Assembly: GCA_964036045.1 (NCBI GenBank)
Contig: OZ038378.1
Span: forward strand, 165,912,001 to 165,976,000
DNA from: Eutreptiella sp. 'Long Island Sound 2002'
Taxonomy: Eukaryota; Protista; Euglenida
Direction: 5' to 3'
Length of the DNA stretch: 64,000 nt
Under the pieces are notes generated by a model. The model did no database searches. It saw only the letters and a program-made list of their open reading frames with translations, and had not been told where the DNA came from. Numbering within the stretch: the stretch's first letter is position 1; each line of letters begins with the position of its first letter. Below, in pieces: positions 1 through 11,784 of this stretch. The position numbers and the translations under genes were made by a program.

Positions 1-1342
1 GAGCCTCAGTCCTAGCCCTCGCCGTCCTACTCTCAGAAGGAGAGATTTTAACCCTTTCCTTTAGCTTAGTCCTGCTGATCCTTGCATCGGTGGTCTTGGA
101 GTCCACCGAAGGAGCAATTGAAAAAATTTCTGTCGCCTCCTCCGACGGCTCTGTTACTTGTTCCACCGATGATGCGCCCTCAGACCGCATGTGCGTCTTG
201 AAAAGATCTTTTATTCCCAGCGTTTGAATGATGAGTTGCATTTGATCTTTGAGCAATTGGAGCTCAGAATCTCGCTGGAATCTGCAGGAGCAGTCGGCAG
301 GACAGTACATACCGTGTCCTGAAGGGCCTGAGCAGGCTGTCGGACCGCTGATCTCGGTGGTCCGCAGCCAGGAGTCCACTTGGGGAGCTCCTTCAGCCCT
401 GATTTCCAGGCTTGCCTGCCTGGCTGCCTCTAAAATTCCTTCCTCAACCGCGGCGGCTAGATCGTCGCGGATGGAAACAGGGGGATGAGGGGCGGAGGGC
501 CCGGGAACAGGTGCCGTGCCCTTCTCCTTCGGGAAGGGGCTTGCCTTCCAGATCTGCAAAAAAATGGCAAAAGAGTCATCTTCTTGAGAACGCCACCACA
601 TCCTGGTATTAATTTCGTCCTGAAGGAGGAAAAAATATTCCATTAAAAAATCAGAGGCGATTCTTTCTTGTCCGATCAACTTAGACGTGGCTAAGAGACA
701 AAGGGCTTCAAGGGCCTCAAGGTTACGGGTCACTTCTGGAGACAAGTGGTCGTCCCATTGTGCCCAAGAGGCTGGTCGATTATAGCTAGGTACCTCACCT
801 GGACCACCCATCTCAATGTCGTTCAGATCGGCGTCGATGGTCTCAAATGTTGGACATTGGTAAGGAGTGTTGGTACCTGCCAGCTCCGTAAGGTCCACCG
901 GAGCGTTGCCATCGGCGTAGGCCGGCAGATTCCAGCTGCTCGATGGCCAATTTCGACTGGGATCATAATGGTAATTTGGGTCTCCACAGCTGCTGATGTG
1001 CGCCCTTCTTGGGCAGCTTGGGCTTGCGCAAGGCATTCCTCTCAAGGCCTCGTTCGCACAGCACCAGGGCAACGTAATCGTTACTTCTCCGGAAGCGGCG
1101 GGGTCTACGGGGCCGTACTGGGGAGCGGGCTGTGGTTGGGACACCAAAGGAACAACATTCAGGTAGCCTCTGCTACCATGAAAGTGCTGCCCTGGGTCGT
1201 GGAAGGTGCCGGAGGGCTCGGGGCCGGCAAGACCAGTGGGGCAGGCACGCGAGGAGTCTCCCTGAACGTTGCTGTTGGGGGCAGAACCGGATACACGGAC
1301 ACCAACGGAGGCAAGAGCGGCGACAACGGAGGCAAGATCCAT
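1..1342 (-). CDS. Long ORF open to the left window edge (at least 447 aa, MDLASVVAALASVGVRVSGSAPNSNVQG...); probable Gag/ORF1-like protein of a retroelement
   Basis: Manual translation: ATG at 1342-1340, in-frame stop just upstream (1375-1373), no stop from 1342 to position 2. It is missing from the ORF track, presumably because it has no stop in the window; the + ORF 746-1378 is its antisense shadow. Pro/Ser-rich N-half, helical-looking middle (NLEALEALCLLATSKLIGQERIASDFLMEYFFLLQDEINTRMWW), basic end. No diagnostic motif seen, so the product call is weak. Confidence 0.55.
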   Translation of the reverse strand, partial: MDLASVVAALASVGVRVSGSAPNSNVQGDSSRACPTGLAGPEPSGTFHDPGQHFHGSRGYLNVVPLVSQPQPAPQYGPVDPAASGEVTITLPWCCANEALRGMPCASPSCPRRAHISSCGDPNYHYDPSRNWPSSSWNLPAYADGNAPVDLTELAGTNTPYQCPTFETIDADLNDIEMGGPGEVPSYNRPASWAQWDDHLSPEVTRNLEALEALCLLATSKLIGQERIASDFLMEYFFLLQDEINTRMWWRSQEDDSFAIFLQIWKASPFPKEKGTAPVPGPSAPHPPVSIRDDLAAAVEEGILEAARQASLEIRAEGAPQVDSWLRTTEISGPTACSGPSGHGMYCPADCSCRFQRDSELQLLKDQMQLIIQTLGIKDLFKTHMRSEGASSVEQVTEPSEEATEIFSIAPSVDSKTTDARISRTKLKERVKISPSESRTARARTEA

Positions 1343-3190
1343 GCTGATTGTTATCCGGCAGAAAATCCCAGTCTATGAAGAAAATTGATGCGGATTATTC
1401 TAAATACATCTGAGTGTCCAAAACTGTCTGAAAAGATTTAAATAAATCCGATTGTGAAAAATATTTGGCCGATCTGGCCCGCGAGCGCGCGTCAGCGGCA
1501 AATGGCGATTCCAGGTAAATGATCAGAACGCGGCGGATTTACGGTGAATGGACCGCGGAATCAGATCCGGCACATCAGAAATATATAGGTCTAATCCTGA
1601 GACTGAGCTGCGAGGCGGCGATTCCGCCAAAGCAAAGAAAATGACCAAAATGTAGTCAATCTGGGGCAGATCTACGAAAATCTGAGCAGATGGGGGTTAG
1701 CCGCACTTACACTGTGTTGGGCAAACCTGCCCATCTTAACAGCAATCACGAAGTCCACCAGGGGGTGGCCCCACCTGGGCGTACCTACCTTACCTACCGC
1801 TGGAGAGTGAAGCAAGGGGAGGAGAAAAACGGGGCGCAAGCGAAGAACGTCGCTCTGCACTTGTGTGTATGTCTAATCACTCTGATCTGACCTCTAATCA
1901 TCTGCAATCTTTCTAATCAATCCCTCTATCGCGTTCTATCGTTGTTAGCGCTGCTACAAGACTCGTTCACGGAGACACGAGACGAGCAATGTGTATGCGG
2001 CATATGAGACGAGCATACCTGTAGTTTATACCTGATTCATTGAAGTCTTTTCGTTGATTTTCGAATTCTTGGATTTTTGATACTTCTATTAGTGTGGGTG
2101 GAATCTGTATGTTTATTCATTAATGTGTGTCTCGTCATTTTCAAGACTACGTGAGACATACGTTTATAATGCCATTATTTCTGCATTTTCCGGCGCTTCG
2201 CTAGGAGCCGCTCCTGCGCGCCGCCTTTTTATGCGTAGGAATTTCTTGATTTAAAAAATCTAGAGATGACTATAATTTTTATAAATATGTGCTTCTGATG
2301 CACAATTGGATTCTGCTCAGGTGTGTTGTCTTAGAAAAATTCTAGGCCGTCATTTGACGGATTTTGGTGTCGTCGCTTCGCTTTTGCGTGGATTCGTCCA
2401 TATTTCTCCCATTCCTGCCTCTGCAGATACCCACGCGCAGCCTCGCTGAGTAGGCCGTGTTCGGGCCGAAACGCAGCAGCCTGGAGAGACTGAGCAGAAC
2501 CCAAGACCCCACCAAGGGGCAATTTAATTTTTTTTACGACTCCCTTCGCCCTAAGACAGGTCACAGGTCGCCAGCAGGTTTACGAGAACCCATGTGAGTG
2601 TGTATATTGTGTCTTGCGTTGGGTTTGTGTCGCGCTGCGTCTTGGAGGGAGGGATGCACTTGCACATGTTTTGGCATGCTCCCAAACTAACCCAACCAAG
2701 CCACAGGAGCCCCGGCAGCGCCATGAGCGCTAAGTCTTCTATAGGAAATGTTACAAACAGAGCAGCAAAAGAGCGCCAGCCATGGTGAGCGCCCATTTTT
2801 CTGTGTGAGGGAAACTATAGGTATTTTAAAGTAGATGTGGAAACCAAGGAAAGGCCAAGAAAAAAATCCCTTTTTCCTAAAATGCGACAGTGGTGGCCAC
2901 CACAGCACAAGGGGGGAGTAAGAAAAAGTGCTTTTCCAATGCTTAGAGGCATACTCTAGTTATATTAGGGATGCACTGAGCATCCAGGCATTTCTATCTT
3001 AGTATTGGCCCCCCCAAAAGTGGTGATAACACATTTTGACCTATGGAACCAAACACCCAATCAGGATATGGAGTGGACCCCTTAATCCCCTTTCAATGTG
3101 AGGCAAATATCATCTTTTCCTGAGTTGACTGAGAACTGACATATCCAGGGCAGAGCCTATGAATTTATCTATGTTTTTCCATGAATTCTT

Positions 3191-3268
3191 AGCTGTCCTA
3201 GTGGTATGCACCCTAGGGGGCTGGGCACCTCTTTTTGAGAGGTCCTGGGTTCAATTCCCGGTCAGCCT
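3191..3268 (+). pseudogene. tRNA-derived pseudogene or SINE head (tRNA-Pro-like)
   Basis: A-box-like CTAGTGGTATG and T-arm/B-box GAGAGGTCCTGGGTTCAATTCCCGG resemble eukaryotic tRNA-Pro. The acceptor stem (AGCTGTC/GTCAGCC) has two mismatches, the D-stem is shortened and the anticodon arm is unrecognisable. Confidence 0.45.
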
Positions 3269-5167
3269 AGCTAAGTAGGAAGATCCCATGTGACATGGCA
3301 GTGACCTCATCGCCACATGCCCTGCCACCTCAGCACATATGGGACCCAAAACAAATAGTGCACATCTCCTGAGATGGCACTATGGAGATAGAGTGACCAT
3401 GGGGCAGTTTTCCAACTCTTTTCCAAAACATTTCAGCTATCTTTGTGAATATGCAATCCGATTTGACCTGAGTTGCAGTTTCTGTGAATATCCTTTCATC
3501 TTTCACTGTTTACACTGCAGCCCTTCATGCTTTGATCCTGATTCTCTTCTCCTTGCATACCTCTGGCTTGGGCTATCCTGGATTGACTGTATTTCAGCAA
3601 ACAAAAGCTTTTCATCTTCAAAAACAAGCAGCAGGAAACCCTACACCAGCAGCAAGCAGCATGAGAGGCAAAAACACAGTGTTGAAACCACTATAAACTT
3701 TTCTCCGCATGTCGACATTAGGTTGTTGCGATGGAGCCTTGGGAGCTCGCCGCTGCGACATGCGAGTGCTGGTTGAAGGCCGAAAGAAATACATGCAGAA
3801 AGAAGTTTGGCAATGGCATTGGTGCTTGCCAGGGAGGGTTTAGTAGATTCCAATGACAGGGAAGAAATCTACTGCGGCTCTGACTATGGAATCGATGAGG
3901 ACTAATTGGGCGATGAGTCACAGAACCGAGCTCATTTCACCGAGAATCGACCAAATTTGACCATTGTCAGAGCTGCGCAGTCTATACAATACACCTGAAG
4001 ACTTGCAAATATTTCAACTTCCAAAGAACAGCGCATACACCAGCTCCCACAACCGAAAGAAAGCCTACCATGCCAAGGAAATAAAAGGCCAATTCCCTAA
4101 CCTGGGTGCCGGCCCACCCTATCGCGAGCGCAAGCTTACCATTAACTATGCAGATCTGAAAAACTTTAAGGAAACACCCGTGTCTATGAGGTGCATTTCT
4201 TGTCACATTGATTAGGCTGGCAAAACAGTTGCTATGTGTTTCATTTTTGCGCTCCGCAGTTTGTGAATTATTCATACGAAACTTTCAACATATCGCGCTT
4301 GACTGTAGCACTTGACTCAAATGGCACACACCCTGACTCAGTCACTAAGACAAGACACTAATATGTGTAACATGGAAATATTACATTGAATGAACCGACC
4401 CATGGTACCAATACAAATACTTGATTGTGGGACATACAATCAAACCGAAGAGTAAAAATGATGGCGTGACAGATTGAGGATTGAGGTATAATCTTAGCTC
4501 AAAGTTTGCAATGGTTGAAAAAAAGCTTAAGCACTGTTTCACGAATGCATGCAACAATCCCAAGTTCGCCAGCGGAACTTAATTGCCTCTACACGAACAA
4601 GGCAGCAGAGAAAAGAAGTGCAAACAATACGCTACGCAAACAACAATGGTTTCGTCGATTGTTTTACCAGCACAAGAGTCTGTCTACTATCATTTCTCGG
4701 GAAAACTACTTCGTACAGACCTGGCCATCATTGTTCATTTGTGGCCTCAGGATGCGACTGCTCCAAGTTTGCGAATTATTGCATCGTCAGTTGTGGTACT
4801 ACACAAAAAAAAACCAGGCATGCAATGGAATTGGTTCACGGTCCGTTGAAAATAGTTCGCTGTCTATCAATTATCGCTCCTTGTCCGTTGGGAAATGGTT
4901 CTCTGTCCTGTGGACATGGTTATTTGTCCGGTGGAAATGGTTTTGTATTCTCCTAGAGCTTTGTGTTGAATGCGATCAAAGCCCAGACTACAGCTTGCGA
5001 TGTGTCTATTGTCTTGCCTTTCCAAGGTTGGATTAGACATTGAAATGGTTCTCGACAAGAAAGAAATTTTCATTCCGCATTCAATTTTATTGCTATTGGC
5101 TTGATGGGAGTGAAGCCCCGATGGGGTAATGAAATTGTTGTTCTGGATGAAACTAATCAAAAGCACA

Positions 5168-7388
5168 GCACATTCGCTGCACTACACAACTACCATATCA
5201 AGCAAGATCGCTCTGAGTGCGCTACAGTCCACTACTGGTTTCCGTGTTTCATTGAAACACCTTGTATCATATATCCAGCAATGGGGACACTAGCTCTTGA
5301 ACGGGTAAAGCTAATAGCCAACGAAACCGTATGCGGTAGAGTCACATTGTATGATGGGTGACCCTCTCCAAACTTCGGCCCGCCGTGAATGCTGTTGCCC
5401 ACGGTTAGGCCGCAATGATAGTGTTATTGCCATTCTCACGATAAAAATATATATTTCTAAAGATATTTTTAAACATTTCCTCTAAATCCACATATCATGG
5501 GTTAATCAGATGCAGCAGTAATAACCTTCTTTTTTGAAATATTGTTCAAAAGAAATGATGTTGCTGGTTGATGCATTCATTTTTTGTTTGGTAGCTCCAA
5601 CCCCTGCCGTAGAATGAGCCCAAGAGATACCATTGCACCAAAGTTCAAGAAATTGGTACCAAAAATAACCAAATCAAGTTCATAATCAATTTCACCAATT
5701 CCTCCGAAAAACTGGTGAGCGGCAATAATCGCGTTTCTTTTTCAAAACAATTGGCACAACTAGTAAATTTGAAAACTCATGGAAACCAATTAATCGCACA
5801 TTACAAACTGTCAATACACAAATTTTCAGCTGGATATAATTTCGGTTGCATGGTTGCGAAAAAGTGCACATTAGAGGCCCGATTCAATTTCAAATTCGTG
5901 CAATGGAACTCATCTTGGTCTTGGGCCAATTTCTGAAAACTGGTGGAACATTGCCAAGGGCTGGAAAATGGCAATGATCTTGAGGTACACAAAAACCACA
6001 ATTCAGTTTGCCACTCAATGTGACATTTTGGAGTTGAATCGAGAATATTCAATCGCATGCCATTCATAAATGAAAGAATTTAAGCAGCAGATATTAACTC
6101 TTGCAGGGAAGGCAATTTCCTTGAATTCCAGTGGCAGATAGTGTTGGACACTATATGCCCATTCTGAAAATGGAAATTCGAAGATTTCACCTCCTTGGAA
6201 CTCCCAACAGACCTGGTACTGATGACAAAATGATTAGACAATGGGGCAATCTGCATGGAAATGCAAAGGTTCATGTGCACATTCGCTGCACTACACAACT
6301 ACCATATCAAGCAAGATCGCTTTGAGTGCGCTACAGTCCACTACTGGTTTCCGTGTTTCATTGAAACACCTTGTATCATATATCCAGCAATGGGGACACT
6401 AGCTCTTGAACGGGTAAAGCTAGTAGCCAACGAAACCGCATGCGGTAGAGTCACATTGTATGATGGGTGACCCTCTCCAAACTTCGGCCCGCCGTGAATG
6501 CTGTTGCCCACGGTTAGGCCGCAATGATAGTGTTATTGCCATTCTCACGAAAAAAAATATATATTTTTAAAGATATTTTTAAACATTTCCTCTAAATCCA
6601 CATATCATGGGTTAATCAGATGCAGCAGTAATAACCTTCTTTTTTGAAATATTGTTCAAAAGAAGTGATGTTGCTGGTTGATGCATTCATTTTTTGTTTG
6701 GGAGCTCCAACCCCTGCCGTAGAATGAGCCCAAGAGATACCATTGCACCAAAGTTCAAGAAATTGGTACCAAAAATAACCAAATCAAGTTCATAATCAAT
6801 TTCACCAATTCCTCCGAAAAACTGGTGAGCGGCAATAATCGCGTTTCTTTTTCAACACAATTGGCACAACTAGTAAATTTGAAAACTCATGGAAACCAAT
6901 TAATCGCACATTACAAATTGTCAATACACAAATTTTCAGCTGGATATAATTTCGGTTGCATGGTTGCGAAAAAGTGCACATTAGAGGCCCGATTCAATTT
7001 CAAATTCGTGCAATGGAACTCATCTTGGTCTTGGGCCAATTTCTGAAAACTGGTGGAACATTGCCAAGGGCTGGAAAATGGCAATGATCTTGAGGTACAC
7101 AAAAACCACAATTCAGTTTGCCACTCAATGTGACATTTTGGAGTTGAATCGAGAATATTCAATCGCATGCCATTCCAAAATGAAAGAATTTAAGCAGCAG
7201 ATATTAACTCTTGCATGGAAGGCTATTTCCTTGAATTCCAGTGGCAGATAGTGTTGGACACTATGTGCCCATTCTGAAAATGGAAATTCGAAGATTTCAC
7301 CTCCTTGGAACTCCCAACAGACCTGGTACTGATGACAAAATGATTAGACAATGGGGCCATCTGCATGGAAATGCAGAGGTTCAAGTGC
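5168..7388. repeat. Direct tandem duplication, 2 x ~1110 bp, AT-rich
   Basis: GCACATTCGCTGCACTACAC occurs at 5168 and 6277. Paired ORFs are offset by 1110 bp (5715/6825, 6131/7241). Identity ends at ~7388, with GC microhomology at the junction. Confidence 0.95.
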
Positions 7389-8057
7389 GACGCACTTTGG
7401 AAGCTTCAAACTCTGTGCTTTTGTTCACTAAGAACACAGTGTCCGTTGCGCTTAATCAAACAACTGAAAGATCGTCGAAGCTGCAGAATGTTCATTGCCA
7501 CTGTGAGGGCAACCATTCCAACCAGCATTGTACACCAATACACCTGATCATCTTGGATTCCCCCGTAACAGGGCTGGCACCTTACGATAAACATGAAACA
7601 AACATGTCTCTTTCGATGAAGCACAAAGAGTCTCATAAAAAATGTGCAAAATGCCAAATGAAATGAGATTGCAAGTTGCCTCAAACCAGAAGTATTCAAA
7701 CTTCAGGTTGAAGTTTGGGACAGAGGTGCTGGAGTCACAGGGTTTGTGTTCAAAATAAGCAGGTATGCACATGGGGAGGGAGCAGTTGCGTAAAGCTAAA
7801 ATATGGCTCAGTGTGGATTTGATTGAACACAGGCTAAAATCTTGTGAGCATTCATGCATAAATATGGATGACCATGCACAGGCTTGCACATGCATAAATA
7901 AAACCAGTAGTCAGGCAGAATTTTTTTGTGGGCCAACTAACAGTGCAAAGGGCAAGGCACAAGGGGCCATGCAGCCCTGCCTGCAATCGTTTGGGACCTA
8001 TGACTTGTGTCTGACAGACAGTAGTGTGTAGGCAACACTTGCCCCCTGAGCAAGGAG

Positions 8058-9437
8058 TTACATAATAGTGCATGCACCGCCAGGTTCCACCATCTCTGTC
8101 TGAGCCCCTCCCCTCTGAATTGGGGCAGAATACCCATGGTAACCCCTCTGTATGGGGGCCCCATATGCATGGAACCCGCGGTTGCTTCCTCCTCTTGCAC
8201 GGGCCTGGCCATGGTGGTGGTGCCGCTGGCCCACTGGAGGTTGTACATGGCGGCCATTAGGTACGCCAGATTGGTCCATGAGGATGTGGTTCAGGTCCCA
8301 TGGATGGTTGAGCTCGAGGGCATGGGTGGCTGACAGTTGCGGGCGCTGTGTGCCACTATGTCGCGTCGCGTCCGAGTAAACCATATCATACATCTGTCCA
8401 CATGTGGGGTTTGTCTGTGCTGCCTGCAAGTAAGCCAACGTCAACACCCCACCAGCACGCAGGTCGCTAGAAGTAAGTGAATCCTCACAGCCACTGATCA
8501 TTCGTACGTCAGCTGTGCATGTGTTGGGGTACCGATCCCTCATCCATGTTTGGTATGTGATGTTCCACGTGTAGGGCAAATCCATCCCAGTCCCACTGTG
8601 GCAGCAATCCATGAGGACCGTCAGGCGGCACCCGGGAGGAAGGGGCTTGCAGATCGCGTCAAAAATCTCATTGTCAACGATCTGACCGGGATTCGCATTA
8701 ATGACCTCATCCATTCCGTCTGCTTCGGCATGGTCTTTCGCTGCGATCTGCGTTCCATGTCCAGAGAAACTGAACCACAGCACATCCCCAGGGGCAGCGC
8801 CAGCGGACAACCAGTGCATGGCGTGCAGCAGCCCCTCTCGTGAGCACCGCGACCTGTCGTGCTCATCGGTAATGACCAGAATTTGCGACTGTGGGAAGCC
8901 ACGTGACAGAAGGTACTGGTAAATGTTATTGGCGTCCTTCCAGCACCCATTGAGCGGATTGCGGGTGCCCTTGTAGTTCAGGCCGATGACCAAAGCCTTC
9001 TTCCGACCGTTGGGAGGGATGGTGGGCAAGTGTTCGATTGGGACGGGATCTTCACGGCCTGCATGGTGGGAGTCATCGGAAGCCAATGGACCTGCGGGGG
9101 CACCTGCATACCCCCCAGGAGGGTATGCCGGTGGCCCCATCGGCAGCATGGCCAGTGGCTCAGGGTATGCCATTGGCACAGGTGCATACTCCATGGGCAC
9201 CAACTCGATGGCCTCAGCCATCAGGGGCTCGGCAAACATCGGCTCGGCATACAGAGGCTCGGCGTACATCACCGGCTCGGCATACGGAACCGGCACAGGC
9301 ATTGGCTCGAGCATTGTTGGCACTGGAGCAGCCATGGGCACTGGCTCCACAACCGTTGGCACAGCCACAGGGACCTCCATGGGGGCAACCATCACTGGTT
9401 CGCCGTAAATTGGGCTGACACTGGGTTCAAAATACAT
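8058..9437 (-). CDS. Type I metacaspase (peptidase C14 family), 459 aa from the ATG at 9437, with Pro-rich prodomain and C-terminal CaaX
   Basis: Motifs KKALVIGLNY, LNGCWKDA, WFSFSGHG (catalytic His 8759-8757), EADGMDE, LMDCCHSG (catalytic Cys 8603-8601), ISGCEDSLTSSD. Single uninterrupted ORF ending CTIM-TAA. The ORF track starts at an upstream GTG (9446). Confidence 0.97.
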   Translation of the reverse strand: MYFEPSVSPIYGEPVMVAPMEVPVAVPTVVEPVPMAAPVPTMLEPMPVPVPYAEPVMYAEPLYAEPMFAEPLMAEAIELVPMEYAPVPMAYPEPLAMLPMGPPAYPPGGYAGAPAGPLASDDSHHAGREDPVPIEHLPTIPPNGRKKALVIGLNYKGTRNPLNGCWKDANNIYQYLLSRGFPQSQILVITDEHDRSRCSREGLLHAMHWLSAGAAPGDVLWFSFSGHGTQIAAKDHAEADGMDEVINANPGQIVDNEIFDAICKPLPPGCRLTVLMDCCHSGTGMDLPYTWNITYQTWMRDRYPNTCTADVRMISGCEDSLTSSDLRAGGVLTLAYLQAAQTNPTCGQMYDMVYSDATRHSGTQRPQLSATHALELNHPWDLNHILMDQSGVPNGRHVQPPVGQRHHHHGQARARGGSNRGFHAYGAPIQRGYHGYSAPIQRGGAQTEMVEPGGACTIM

Positions 9438-9450
9438 TGTGAACACTTAT

Positions 9451-9475
9451 CTGAAAGGAGGCAAAACACTGCGAT
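9451..9475 (-). promoter_or_regulatory. Candidate (trans-)splice acceptor of the metacaspase
   Basis: The minus strand reads GTGTTTTGCCTCCTTTCAG|ATAAGTGTTCACAATG: a pyrimidine tract plus AG, 13 nt before the ATG. Confidence 0.45.
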
Positions 9476-10479
9476 CGGCAAGCTAAGGTGCACCATGTTG
9501 CATGCTAATGCCTGTGTCATGCACAGCTGTTGCAAGCACCCTTTGGGGTGAACCGAATGTCTCCCGTAGCTGGGATCGCCTGTCTATCATTCCAACAGTG
9601 TCATTTGTTATATAATGCTGGCGGCTGGGAAGAGATGGTGATCCATGGGAGCGCTTTTGGCGACAACAGATTCAGGTCACATAATGCGAGGCAGCATGAC
9701 CGAGATCCAGCCTGTGCTTAGCACTATGGCCCCTCCTCCTCCATGGTGATGTCTTGCCCCAGCGGAGGTAATTGTGCACATCCTTCAGGAGTAAAATCTG
9801 CAATGTAGCAAGGGCCTGCATCAAGGCGTACCCCATGCCACAGTGGTTGTGGTTTGACAAAATCTGGATCCAAACATGCATCTCCACTCTATAGCCCTGT
9901 TCACACCGCAGCACTGTTTGGTTGCACTGATTCACAGCAGCCACATGTGTGCAGCAAGTTTGCCAATTGCCCCGCGGCTGCAAATGCAATGCAACAATGC
10001 AAAAAGGCATGCATTAACACAGAGAGTATGGGCATTGTTCACGAGTCATGCTACACAGGACCTACTGGCCATGACTCTTCTTCTGCTACATGTGGGCCGC
10101 AATTGAGGACGGCCAAAAGATTACAAAAAGAGAAGAACAAAAAGCTGTGTCTGATGATGGCCGTCACCTTTTGGCTTGCACTAGGCTTCAAGTTCCTTGA
10201 GGTTTTGTGGCATTCAGTTGATTCCTCCGTTGCCATTTGGTGACTGGAAGAAAATGGGGGCTGTTTCAAGTAGGTGACCCCCCACAGTCCCCAAGACTAG
10301 GGGGGGGGGGGGGTCTCCCTTCTGTGCAGCATCGCAGTTTCCTATCCTGGTACATTTTCCCTATCCATGTCATTGCCCTATGCCCTATCCCTATCCTTGC
10401 CCTTTGCTTGCCATAAAGCGTGGGTTCTTGTGGGCCTGCATGGGTTTGAAGGGGTGGGAGCCAAAAGGAACCCCACACG

Positions 10480-11710
10480 GAACACTGAGCCACAAGGGTG
10501 GGATGTGGGGCAATGAAGCATTCTTCGCTGCGGTTTATCCAGAACATTCCATTGGTAATCTTCCCTTACCAGCACTGCACCAGTGCGGCATTGGAGGACT
10601 TGAGTTCATGTTGTGCACTGTCAAATTTTCGAAACCTGGGTATTGGGATGGGCCTGCTGCTCCCTCTCCTGTAGCTTGCGTCCGTTGTGGCTCTTGGCCC
10701 AGTCACTAGTAGAGTGTACCAGCACTTGACCACATCCCCCACCCTTGATCCGGCCATTGGAACAAAATAATGGCAAAATGCAGCAGTACATCTGGCACAC
10801 ATGCAAACCAAATATTGTATTATCCACCGTCCAGCCCGGCCAACAACAACAATCCTCTCCACTCATTCAAGCACAGTCAACCACGTTTCCCACCCAAACA
10901 TGCGGGCCGCCTTTCTTCTGCCACTTGTGCACGCACGTATCCCTGCCTTCCCTTGAGCAACAGGCATTGGCCGATATTCCTTTGCTCTCGGGGGAATCCT
11001 TGCACTGCGCGCGCACTGCGCGCTACGTTTAGACTATGTTCCCCCCGAAGAGCCCCCAGGCACACCCCTTGGAAACACCCTTAGAATTGGGTGACCCAAA
11101 CTGCCCAGAGAGGAGATGAGCACACCTATGAGGTGGAGTGTGCTTAAGGAAGGAAAAGAAGCGGAACAAATGTTCGCGTGGAAGTAAATCATCATGCCCA
11201 TACTTTAGCCAAAACTCCTCGGCAGAGTAGGCATCAATACCCATATAACTGATTTGCGTCCTTAAGGACCGAGTTCCGCCACAACGCTTAATCCACCATT
11301 CAATGCCATCTTTTTGGGGGTCAAGAGGGCGAGCTCCGGTGCTTTTCTCATGTATATGGAGCAACATCTCCAGGATCTTGTCTTCCGTTTGTTTGTTCAT
11401 TTTTGCCACCTCCTCCTCGGTGAATGTTCAAGGTTCATCGGGTTGCTTCCTTTTCTTGGTTTTTTTAGCCGGTGGTTTCGGTTGTGAGGAAGGGGCTCTC
11501 TCCTTTCCCTTGCGGTTAGAATTGGATTGGGGTTGAGATTGCGTAGCCACAAGGGGTTATGAGGAAGGGGCTCTCTCCTTTCCCTTTCGGTTAGAATCGG
11601 ATTGGGGTTGAGATTGTGTAGCCACAAGGGGTTGCGAGGACTGAGAGGGTTGAGGGAGACTGGACGAAGCCACGTCGGCCCGAGGGGGCGCAGCAACACA
11701 AAAAGCATCC
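10480..11710 (-). mobile_element. Possible decayed PIF/Harbinger (ISL2EU-like) DDE transposase remnant
   Basis: Broken frames give a KKTKKRKQP NLS-like stretch, EEFWLKYG...EHLFRFFSFLKHTP (resembles the helix preceding the DDE_Tnp_4 core), then VVDC and FDSAQHELKSS-like segments. Multiple stops and frameshifts. Contains a 75-bp in-frame tandem duplication at ~11486-11636. Confidence 0.3.
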
Positions 11711-11720
11711 AATGTGTGTG

Positions 11721-11784
11721 GCGGAAATGCTACGTCCCCTGCATTCTCGGGGATCCCCAAACAAAGGGGGACAAAATCAGAAGT
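11721..11784 (+). repeat. Isolated partial monomer of the 105-bp satellite
   Basis: GCGGAAATGCTACGTCCCCTGCATTCTCGGGGATCCCCAAACAAAGGGGGACAAAATCAGAAGT matches the monomer at 52.9-55.9 kb. Confidence 0.9.

Noticed and set aside
746-1378. 210-aa + strand ORF
   Set aside because: In-register antisense of the longer minus-strand ORF 1-1342.
3191-3268. Functional tRNA gene
   Set aside because: Broken acceptor and D stems and no definable anticodon loop; kept only as a pseudogene.
5101-5361. TFAALHNY as a Harbinger transposase C-terminal motif
   Set aside because: A single short motif with no upstream DDE motifs found in any frame.
8986-9551. + strand ORFs (140, 173, 126 aa) over the metacaspase 5' end
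   Set aside because: Antisense of the repetitive prodomain.
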